A program made the translations under genes and the position numbers. This document shows positions 1-6,988 of a stretch of DNA of 24,697 bases, in pieces. The notes beneath the pieces were generated by a model that was not told the DNA's origin, did no database searches, and was given only the letters and a program-made list of their open reading frames with translations. The stretch's first letter is position 1, and every line of letters starts with the position of its first letter. Origin of the DNA: Patescibacteria group bacterium (GTDB taxonomy: Bacteria > Patescibacteriota > Patescibacteriia > Patescibacteriales > UBA12465); contig JAKLGM010000016.1 of the NCBI GenBank assembly GCA_022710685.1, forward strand, positions 1-24,697. The letters run 5' to 3'.

Positions 1-1160
1 CGTCAGCTAAAGCTATCTGCCGTTGACGGACAGAAATCTCCTGCGCCTTGATATCCAAGGGGTCATTACCAGCCTTGACTGTCTTGAGATCCTCTTCAGC
101 CTGAGTCAAAGAATCCTGAGCCGAATCAATCTTGTCCTGAGCCGCGCTCAAGCTATCCTTGTTGCTTAACCTTTGATCCACTAGATTCTGTTGCGCCGCA
201 GTCAGATTGTTAATTTGAGTAGTAATAGTGCTCTTAGCGGTGTTAACAGTGCTCTTGAAAGAATCTAAGTCACTCTGGGTAAAATCCAAAGTTACGACCG
301 CGGCGTTGACAGCCGTATTTAATTTATTCAAAAATCCTTGAATAACTAGCAATTGTTCCTTGGCTTTGACTAAAGCCTGGTCGACTGCCGCCTGATTAGA
401 GTCGTCAGTTGACGATAATGATTTAAGCTGAGGCAAAGCTTGATTATGGGCCGTTAAAAACTGCCATTTAGAATCAGTTTCGGATTGAGAATTGCTGGTT
501 AAAAAAGTTAATTCCGGACTATCAGTATTGATGCCAGTGAAAACCTTATCTAATTGCCGATTTAACAAATCATCGGCCTTGCTGTAGGCATCTTCAACGG
601 AATTCTGGGCATCTTCATAAGTATTAGCCAAATCAATCACGGTCTTCTCTTGGACATCAACCAAATCATCTTTGGCCGCCGCCAAATCTTTTTTAGCGGT
701 TTCCACTTTCCTGGTAGCAGCGGCGATTTCTTCGGCCGTAGAACCGCGCTTTATTTTAGATAATGATAATTGCGCGCTCTCCAAGCTGACTTGGGCATCG
801 CGGACTGATTTTTGGGCCTCCTTGGAATTTAATTTGGCTAAAACATCGCCGGTCTTTACCTCTTGTCCCACCTTAGCGCTCAAAGTCAGGATATCGCCCG
901 AAACTTTGGGTTTGACTTCAACCTGATTAGAGGCTGAAATTTGGCCGCTACCGGAAATTGAAGTAGAAATCATGCCTTTTTCAACCGCCGCCAAAACATA
1001 GCGCGGCGCTGAGCCGGAATTAGTCTGTTTTTGATAAAGATAATAAGCACCGCCCAACAAAGCAGAAATAATTATCAAAGTAATTAATTTATGCTGCTTA
1101 AACCAAGCGAACCAGCGCCGGCGCGGCTGAAGCGAATTAGAACTGATAACATTATCCATA
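1..1160 (-). CDS. Efflux/secretion periplasmic adaptor subunit (HlyD/membrane-fusion protein family), 3' end truncated by window edge
   Basis: Reverse-complement reading from the ATG at 1160..1158 gives MDNVISSNSLQPRRRWFAWFKQHKLITLIIISALLGGAYYLYQKQ. One N-terminal TM precedes a beta-strand/lipoyl-like segment (VEVKPKVSGDILTLSAKVGQEVKTGDVLAKL), then long coiled coil typical of HlyD/MacA adaptors. The frame stays open to position 1. It is absent from the ORF track because no stop codon falls in the window. Confidence 0.75.
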
Positions 1161-1183
1161 AGGATTAATTAATCTTAATAACA

Positions 1184-1221
1184 ATAACGATAACTCTCCC
1201 CGGGGAAAAGCTATCGTTATT
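1184..1221. promoter_or_regulatory. 38-bp hairpin/palindrome (AATAACGATA ... CCCCGGGG ... TATCGTTATT) immediately upstream of the adaptor-gene start; a second 12-bp perfect palindrome TTGGGATCCCAA lies at 1271..1282
   Basis: Direct reading shows 10-bp perfect arms around a palindromic GC core. On the minus strand it is followed by TTGTTATT. It may be an operator or a terminator/attenuator between the upstream membrane-protein gene and the adaptor gene. Confidence 0.3.
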
Positions 1222-1316
1222 GACATTAATACAAATTGATTAGACTTGGCATTATTTTTTGTTGACTAACTTGGGATCCCAACAAATAATACGCCGGCCA
1301 ATATTTTTTCTTCAAA

Positions 1317-2243
1317 TTAGCGCCCAAATTGATCCAAACTTGTGCTGGAACGCAAAAACTCCAGTAAAATAGCAGCTTGAGGATCATTGGCACTGGCGGT
1401 TTCTTGCTCTAAATCACTGATAAAAGAAGCTTTTAGGTCTGGATAGCGCTCTAGGAGGCTAATGAAGTCCGGTGCCGGTGCTGGCGGCAGGTCATTGCCC
1501 TTCCCGGCCTTATTAGACCCAGGGCGATTAAAGAATTCTCGGCCCGGGGCCAAGGGCATAACCTCGGTCGCGGTAAATTGATTAACGCTATTTTGCTTTC
1601 CGACAAAACGGGCCGGTTCGCCCACGCGGATGATAGATTGAAATTTTTCATTTTGAAGCTCCAACAACAAATCCCATTCAGACCGATCCATATCCACCAA
1701 GATAAAATGATTTTCCGCCACCCGCGTCTTTACCATCCCGGACAAGCGGCCCTCGGAGGGGTCAGACCAGAAGCGCAAACGCGGATTAATAACCTGCTCA
1801 TAAAAAGGAGCGCGCCGACCCAAAATATCATCAATCTTCTGGCTCAAACCCAAGGCATAGAATATTCCACCTAAAATGATGCTAGCGCCGACAGCGGCTA
1901 GAATGATAGACCAAGCCGGATAACGATAACCCTTCTTGGTCTTTTTAAATTCATAATAAATAACTACCAAGAAGAGACCAAGACAGATTATCCAAAAGAA
2001 AGGCACGAGCAGCAAAATTGATTCCACTGGATTGTGACCCGGCCGGGCATAAAGCCGCCAATCATCTGACTGGACCATATAAATGATAAGGGCCATAGCC
2101 AAAGAACCTAAGAGCAAAGACAGGCCGCCGAAAAACCACAAGACATAATTCTTGGCTAAAAATTGCCAGCGCGGACGAGGCAGAATTTTCTCTTCCTTAA
2201 TTTTATCCAAGAGGACTTGGTCAAATTTTTCATTACTAATCAT
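1317..2243 (-). CDS. Membrane protein encoded immediately downstream of an ECF sigma factor; candidate anti-sigma factor
   Basis: 308-aa ORF with a short cytoplasmic N-terminus (MISNEKFDQVLLDKIKEEKILPRPRW), about 4 hydrophobic helices, and a ~170-aa C-terminal soluble domain. Its start lies 5 nt after the sigma-gene stop, so the pair is co-transcribed. Genomic context, not sequence similarity, suggests the anti-sigma role. Confidence 0.7.
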   Translation of the reverse strand: MISNEKFDQVLLDKIKEEKILPRPRWQFLAKNYVLWFFGGLSLLLGSLAMALIIYMVQSDDWRLYARPGHNPVESILLLVPFFWIICLGLFLVVIYYEFKKTKKGYRYPAWSIILAAVGASIILGGIFYALGLSQKIDDILGRRAPFYEQVINPRLRFWSDPSEGRLSGMVKTRVAENHFILVDMDRSEWDLLLELQNEKFQSIIRVGEPARFVGKQNSVNQFTATEVMPLAPGREFFNRPGSNKAGKGNDLPPAPAPDFISLLERYPDLKASFISDLEQETASANDPQAAILLEFLRSSTSLDQFGR

Positions 2244-2248
2244 ATGAT

Positions 2249-2833
2249 TTATATTTTTATATTATTCTTTTCAATTGATGCTTTGAACTCCTTCTTCGCC
2301 TGGTTCAACATGGAGCCGACCGTCCCGACCGGCTTCTTGATAATATCAGAAATCTCCTGATAGTTCTTCTCTTCCAAGAACTTCAACACTAGAACCTCGC
2401 GGTACTTGGCCGGCAGCTCATCTAATATCTTCTGGACTTTTTCAGCCAGATAAGCGCTATCAACTCCGGCCGCAATATCAAAACCTGAGGCTAGGCGGCG
2501 AGCGGCTTCGCTGTCAATTCCGACTTGATGCCCCTCGGGCCGAACCCGAAGCTTGCGATAATTGCTGATTATCTGATTATGGGCGATAGCATAAGCCCAA
2601 GAAGAAAACTTGAGGCCGGAATCAAAGTCATTGAGATTAAGATATATTTTCAAAAAGATTTCTTGCAGCAGATCCTCAGCATCCTCTGGCGAAATATTAC
2701 TTAAGCGGCGGATATAGGTAAAAAGGCGGAGTTTATAACGTTGAATAATAAAAGCAAAATCAGCCTGGTTCTCCAGGCTCAAAGCCACTAATTCCGCATC
2801 GGACATTTTTTCTGCCGCCGCCCAATCAATCAT
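2249..2833 (-). CDS. RNA polymerase sigma factor, ECF (sigma-70 group 4) family
   Basis: Region 2 (EDAEDLLQEIFLKIYLNLNDFD..FSSWAYAIAHNQIISNYRK) and region 4 (LPAKYREVLVLKFLEEKNYQEISDIIKKPVGTVGSMLNQAKKEF) are present. The track ORF runs to 2956, but its first 41 aa look like a non-coding extension. Start chosen at the ATG at 2833 (MIDWAAAEKMSDAEL), with 2806 as an alternative. A TATAAT lies 16 nt upstream of 2833. Confidence 0.8.
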   Translation of the reverse strand: MIDWAAAEKMSDAELVALSLENQADFAFIIQRYKLRLFTYIRRLSNISPEDAEDLLQEIFLKIYLNLNDFDSGLKFSSWAYAIAHNQIISNYRKLRVRPEGHQVGIDSEAARRLASGFDIAAGVDSAYLAEKVQKILDELPAKYREVLVLKFLEEKNYQEISDIIKKPVGTVGSMLNQAKKEFKASIEKNNIKI

Positions 2834-2949
2834 AGAATTATCGTTCTGATTATAATACGTAATTTGGAATAAATCATTCAAAAAGCAAAATGCCGGATAA
2901 ATAGCATTGATTAAGGAAATTATAGCAAAAACGGAATAGGAGATAAATC

Positions 2950-2978
2950 TTGACAATAATCAGTCTAAGCCATATACT
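2950..2978 (+). promoter_or_regulatory. Sigma-70-type promoter for marR-greA (TTGACA, 17 bp, TATACT) in the divergent intergenic region
   Basis: TTGACA at 2950-2955, a 17-nt spacer, and TATACT at 2973-2978. This sits about 30 nt upstream of the marR ATG at 3008. Confidence 0.4.
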
Positions 2979-3007
2979 TGATATGTGAAGTAATTAACTA
3001 TAATAAT

Positions 3008-3415
3008 ATGGACAAAAACCTCTCATTTTTCTTTGAATTAGCTAAAGCCGACACCATCCTGGCTCGCCGCCTAAGCAGCCATGGCATGAGCTTTTCCGAA
3101 TTCACCATCCTCTATCACCTGAACCAAGCTCCGGAGCAAAAGCTGCGCCGCATTGATTTGGCCGAGCATTTAGGGCTAAGCGCTTCCGGCATTACCCGGA
3201 TACTATTGCCGATGGAAAAGATTGGCTTGATTGAAAGAGACCTAAGCGAAACTGACGGCCGCGCCCGTTATGCCAAGCTAACTAAAGCTGGAAAGAATTT
3301 TCTAGACGAAGCCGAGCAGAACATCAACAACAAGATTGAAGATCTGATCCAACCGGAAGAAGGCCAACAAATCGCCGCCCTCACTAAACTACTAACCGCT
3401 ATCAGCGGCCGCTAA
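3008..3415 (+). CDS. MarR-family transcriptional regulator
   Basis: Winged-HTH signature (LRRIDLAEHLGLSASGITRILLPMEKIGLIERDLSETDGRARYAKLTKAGKNFL). Start taken at MDKNLSF rather than the upstream in-frame ATG at 2978, which lies inside the promoter elements. Confidence 0.85.
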   Translation: MDKNLSFFFELAKADTILARRLSSHGMSFSEFTILYHLNQAPEQKLRRIDLAEHLGLSASGITRILLPMEKIGLIERDLSETDGRARYAKLTKAGKNFLDEAEQNINNKIEDLIQPEEGQQIAALTKLLTAISGR

Positions 3416-3417
3416 TT

Positions 3418-3918
3418 ATGCAAGTCCCTACTCGCCGCGCCGACAAAATTCCGCGCGCCAAATCCGACCCACATCTGACAGCGGAAAAATTCTTGGAGCT
3501 AAAGAACCGTTGTGAGCGTTTGATTAACTTCAGCCGGCCTCAAGCCGCTGAAGAAGTTAAGCGACTGGCTCTCATGGGTGACTTCTCGGAAAATGCCGGC
3601 TACCAATTAGCCAAGAGCCGCCTGCGCGGCATCAACAACCGGATCACGGAAATGGAAGACTTGATGAAACGGGCGATAATAATAGACCCGAACCAGAATA
3701 ATGACCAAATTCGATTAGGCCACCTGGTTACTTTGGAAATAAATGGCCGGACAAAACAATATCGAATATTGGGGTCAGCTGAAACCAACCCCACCAGCGG
3801 CATCATCTCTCATAATTCCCCGCTTGGCGCCGCCCTTATACACAAATCAGTCGGGGAAAAGGTGACTATAAAGGCTGGAGACAAAATAGTGGAGTATAAG
3901 ATTATAAAGATTGAATAA
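3418..3918 (+). CDS. greA: Transcription elongation factor GreA
   Basis: GreA/GreB N-terminal coiled coil with the FSENAGY motif, and the C-terminal FKBP-like domain (ISHNSPLGAALIHKSVGEKV). Starts 2 nt after the marR stop, so the two form an operon. Confidence 0.9.
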   Translation: MQVPTRRADKIPRAKSDPHLTAEKFLELKNRCERLINFSRPQAAEEVKRLALMGDFSENAGYQLAKSRLRGINNRITEMEDLMKRAIIIDPNQNNDQIRLGHLVTLEINGRTKQYRILGSAETNPTSGIISHNSPLGAALIHKSVGEKVTIKAGDKIVEYKIIKIE

Positions 3919-3920
3919 AA

Positions 3921-3950
3921 AAAGACCCGGATTAATCCGGGTCTTTAATA
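3921..3950. terminator. Bidirectional rho-independent terminator between convergent greA and the helicase gene
   Basis: Hairpin AGACCCGG-attaa-CCGGGTCT (3923-3944), flanked by an A-run on the plus side. On the minus strand it is followed by TTTTTTTATT. Confidence 0.75.
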
Positions 3951-3958
3951 TCTCAAAC

Positions 3959-5377
3959 CTAACGGGAAAATCTATTATTAGGACGCTGCCGGCGCGAGCC
4001 TGGTTTGCGGCCGCCAAATTTTCCAGAAGAAAACGGCCGGCTCTGACCTGCTCCTGATTTGTAGGTAGAAACGACCGGTCTTTGGGAACGAGAAGAAAAC
4101 TTAGACCGAGCCTTGAAATTGCCCTTCTTTTTTAGAGTATTACCGGTATTTTCGTAATATTTAGAAAAATCCGGGGCTGAGCTTTGACGGCTGCGGGAAC
4201 GACCCTGATAACCACTAACAATCTTGGATTTCGGCAGCGCCACCTCCTGAACTGAACCGATCTTAGTCACCGGCAGACTCTTCCGAATCAAGCGTTCAAT
4301 CTTCTGAATTTCCCGCCGTTGTTCCGGTAAAGCGAACGAAATCGCTCGACCGCCTTTGCCCGCTCGCGCGGTCCGGCCGATACGATGGACATAATCCTCG
4401 GAGTTGTCAGGTAAGTCAAAATTAAGGACGACTTCAATATCATTGATATCTAAACCACGAGCCGCAACGTCAGTCGCCACCAAGATCCGATGGCTGCCAC
4501 TCTTGAAGCTAGCTAATGAGGCCTTACGTTGGTTGAAAGACAAGTTAGAATGAATCTCACTGGCTTGATGGCCGTTCATTTTCAACTTCTTGGCTAAATT
4601 GGAAGCGCCGTGCTTGGTGCGAACGAATATCAAGACTAACTTTTTGTAATCAGCTAATATTTTTTCTAGAGAATCAAAACGATCCTCCCGCCGGATCAGA
4701 TAGATTTCTTGGTCCACTAATTCGGCCGTAGTTCCGGCCGGAGCCACTTCAATCTGAAGCGGTGAAGACAAATGACGTTCAGCCAAACGGATGATAGCCG
4801 CCGGCATCGTGGCCGAGAATAATAATGTCTGCCGGGTATTAGGAGTCAGCTTGATAATTTCTTCAATCTGCGGCGCAAACCCCATATCAAACATCATGTC
4901 AGCTTCATCTAAAACTAAAATAGCAGTCTGACCCAAACGGATAGTCCCCCGCTTGATATGATCTAATAATCTGCCCGGAGTAGCGATAATGATGTGAGGA
5001 TTACGGCGCAAAGCGAACAATTGACGATTAATGGCTTCGCCGCCGATAACAGCGACGGTGCGCAAGCCTAAATCCTTGCCGACTTTTCTCAAACTTTCCT
5101 CTACTTGGACTGCCAATTCCCTGGTCGGCAACAATACTAAAGCCTGGCCTTTGACGCTAGCTAAACGCTGAATGGTGGGAATACCAAAGGCTAGAGTCTT
5201 GCCGGTACCGGTCTGAGCCACACCGATTAAATCCTTACCCGAAATAGCCACAGGAATAGCCTTGGCTTGAATCGGAGTCGGAGTTTCTAGCCCGATTTTC
5301 TTGAGAATCGCTAAAATTGAGGGCTTTATCCCTAAACTCTGGAAACTCGCTTTCTTTTTTTCTAATTCATTGGACAT
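3959..5377 (-). CDS. DEAD-box ATP-dependent RNA helicase (RhlE/DeaD-like) with a basic RG/S-rich C-terminal tail
   Basis: Q-motif/Walker A (TPTPIQAKAIP..AQTGTGKT), DEAD (VLDEADMMFDMGF), SAT, HRIGRTARAG, and an arginine/serine-rich tail. The track ORF begins with a GTG at 5410, which is unlikely to be the real start. The ATG at 5377 (MSNELEKKKASFQSLGIKPSIL) matches canonical helicase N-termini. Confidence 0.9.
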   Translation of the reverse strand: MSNELEKKKASFQSLGIKPSILAILKKIGLETPTPIQAKAIPVAISGKDLIGVAQTGTGKTLAFGIPTIQRLASVKGQALVLLPTRELAVQVEESLRKVGKDLGLRTVAVIGGEAINRQLFALRRNPHIIIATPGRLLDHIKRGTIRLGQTAILVLDEADMMFDMGFAPQIEEIIKLTPNTRQTLLFSATMPAAIIRLAERHLSSPLQIEVAPAGTTAELVDQEIYLIRREDRFDSLEKILADYKKLVLIFVRTKHGASNLAKKLKMNGHQASEIHSNLSFNQRKASLASFKSGSHRILVATDVAARGLDINDIEVVLNFDLPDNSEDYVHRIGRTARAGKGGRAISFALPEQRREIQKIERLIRKSLPVTKIGSVQEVALPKSKIVSGYQGRSRSRQSSAPDFSKYYENTGNTLKKKGNFKARSKFSSRSQRPVVSTYKSGAGQSRPFSSGKFGGRKPGSRRQRPNNRFSR

Positions 5378-5388
5378 AAAAAAAATAA

Positions 5389-5410
5389 GTGACCCGATTT
5401 CTGCGGTCAC
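5389..5410 (-). terminator. Terminator-like hairpin (GTGACC-n10-GGTCAC) plus T-run, abutting the helicase ATG
   Basis: On the minus strand the hairpin is followed by TTATTTTTTTTT and then directly by the ATG at 5377. It lies about 145 nt downstream of the Fic stop. The stem is only 6 bp, so this is a weak call. Confidence 0.3.
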
Positions 5411-5554
5411 CTACGAAATGACTAAAAATTCGAATCTTTCTTTAACTTTGCTTTATATGAGCTACCATAACATAAAACTTTAATTTAAGCAAGCGAGGTA
5501 TTGTCTTGGCACCATAAACAGCAATAGCCCACGAATCAATTTTTGCGAAAAACA

Positions 5555-6901
5555 TTAAAACAGCTCCTTTATCTTACTGGTGCCATAATAATATATATTG
5601 CGTCCCTTTTTTATCGGGCGCAAAAAACCTTTCTGAACCAGAATATTAAGGTCCTTACCGGCCGTCATTTTAGTTATTTGATAAATATTCATGTGCATCT
5701 TCTGGGTTGTTCTCTCCTCTTGGTCACCCGACAAATAGCGCAAAAGATATATCTGCCTTTCGTTTAATTTATACTTTAATTCACCGGCCTTTTTCATCCT
5801 TATGTTGCCCCAAGATTCTTTTTCTAAATATTCAGAAAAATCCCGGACAGCTAACTTTATTTTTCTGATATTATAATCGATAAAATAGGTCAGATCATTA
5901 TCATCTTGTTCGGAATAAACATAAGCCATCTTATATTGGTTAGGGGACTTTTTAATTATTTTAGAAATCGGTAGGTAGACAAAAGCCCAATATCCCTTTC
6001 TGATCAGATACCAATAGAATAGCAAGCGCGCCAACCGGCCATTACCATCGGTGAAAGGATGGAGGTAGCCCAACCAAAAATGAAGCATGATAGCCTTAAT
6101 AACCGGATGGACAAAAGAATCGGTCTCCAGCTCGTCATTAGCAAAGTTTATCAGTAATTTCAATTCTTTATTAACAAAATCAACCTTGGGTGCTTCATGA
6201 TAAATATTACCCGAAGCTTTATCTATAACATAAATATTATCCTTGTCAGTTCTTAGCCTAGGCCGATCGCCTTCGTCATCCTTCGTTTCATTGGTAATCA
6301 TTCGATGCAACTCCAAAAGCAAGGGCAAGCTCATTTTTTCATTTTTGTACTTTTCTTCAATCTCTCGCATAGACAAATAGCTGTTGACTATCATCTGTTC
6401 TGAGGCATTTCTCGGCTTCCGGCCATCACGCAACATTCTCTTCGCTACTTGCCGGCTAGTAGCAGCCCCCTCCAACTGGGAAGAAGCGATAGCCTCTTCC
6501 ATAATTCCTCGGGAAATCAATTTTTGCTTATTTTGCTTATCAATATCAGATTTACGAACAAATAATTCACCTCCGGTATTCATGTCTATTTCATGAAAAA
6601 ATTCTTCTAAGCAGGGAATTTTAATCCATTTAAAATTATCGCCTGATTTATTCTTAATAGGAGACTTTATGCTTTGCGATCCCCTGACAATTTTGACCAA
6701 TTTCCATAGCTCCTCTTTGGTAATCCCGACCGGAGCGGGCTCTTTGTATTTAACATTATCCCAATAAATATATTCCGGCTCAAAAGTCTTTTTCACAAAA
6801 TCAAAGATTATCTCTTTGTTTCTGCTATTTTCAGAGAGAGACTGAATTAGATTTCTTTCTTTAATTTTGGATAAATCTGGCTTTTTCAACTCAAAATACA
6901 T
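5555..6901 (-). CDS. Fic/Doc-family protein (probable AMPylase) with an N-terminal auto-inhibitory helix and a C-terminal winged HTH
   Basis: Canonical Fic motif HPFTDGNGRLARLL (HxFx[DE]GNGRxxR). Upstream inhibitory motif SSQLEG ([ST]xxxE[GN]), as in class II Fic proteins. C-terminal wHTH-like segment (ERQIYLLRYLSG...ITKMTAGKDLNILVQKGFL). The gene is markedly more AT-rich than its neighbours. Confidence 0.9.
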   Translation of the reverse strand: MYFELKKPDLSKIKERNLIQSLSENSRNKEIIFDFVKKTFEPEYIYWDNVKYKEPAPVGITKEELWKLVKIVRGSQSIKSPIKNKSGDNFKWIKIPCLEEFFHEIDMNTGGELFVRKSDIDKQNKQKLISRGIMEEAIASSQLEGAATSRQVAKRMLRDGRKPRNASEQMIVNSYLSMREIEEKYKNEKMSLPLLLELHRMITNETKDDEGDRPRLRTDKDNIYVIDKASGNIYHEAPKVDFVNKELKLLINFANDELETDSFVHPVIKAIMLHFWLGYLHPFTDGNGRLARLLFYWYLIRKGYWAFVYLPISKIIKKSPNQYKMAYVYSEQDDNDLTYFIDYNIRKIKLAVRDFSEYLEKESWGNIRMKKAGELKYKLNERQIYLLRYLSGDQEERTTQKMHMNIYQITKMTAGKDLNILVQKGFLRPIKKGRNIYYYGTSKIKELF

Positions 6902-6910
6902 ATATTTATA

Positions 6911-6943
6911 AATAGGTATAATTATACTTAAATTATACCTATT
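6911..6943. promoter_or_regulatory. 13-bp perfect inverted repeat (AATAGGTATAATT-n7-AATTATACCTATT) 10 nt upstream of the Fic start codon; candidate operator overlapping -10-like TATAAT elements
   Basis: Read directly from the sequence. Both arms contain TATAAT when read on the minus strand. It lies in the divergent region between the Fic gene and the ABC-F gene. Confidence 0.4.
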
Positions 6944-6988
6944 TTATACCATTTGTCAATATAGGCACATTTATGCTTAAATTAATCT

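Noticed and set aside
672-926. 84-aa plus-strand ORF
   Set aside because: It lies antisense inside the HlyD-like adaptor gene, and its sequence is low-complexity Ala/Ser-rich with no start context. It is a mirror-frame artefact of the coiled-coil gene.
1451-1874. Two overlapping ORFs (66 aa minus, 98 aa plus)
   Set aside because: They are nested within the 308-aa membrane-protein gene in alternative frames and have no independent signals.
2834-2956. N-terminal 41-codon extension of the sigma factor ORF
   Set aside because: The extension (MSRFISYSVFAIISLINAIYPAFCFL...) is unlike sigma-70 region 1/2 and overlaps the divergent promoter elements. Internal ATGs at 2833 and 2806 give a canonical ECF N-terminus.
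3600-3806. 68-aa minus-strand ORF
   Set aside because: It is antisense within greA.
5378-5410. GTG-initiated 11-codon extension of the helicase
   Set aside because: It would translate a hairpin plus poly-T tract (MTAEIGSLIFF). The downstream ATG yields the conserved N-terminus.
5301-5767. Small plus-strand ORFs (60 aa, 74 aa)
   Set aside because: They overlap the helicase 5' end and the Fic 3' end in an AT-rich region. AT-rich antisense ORFs are expected by chance.
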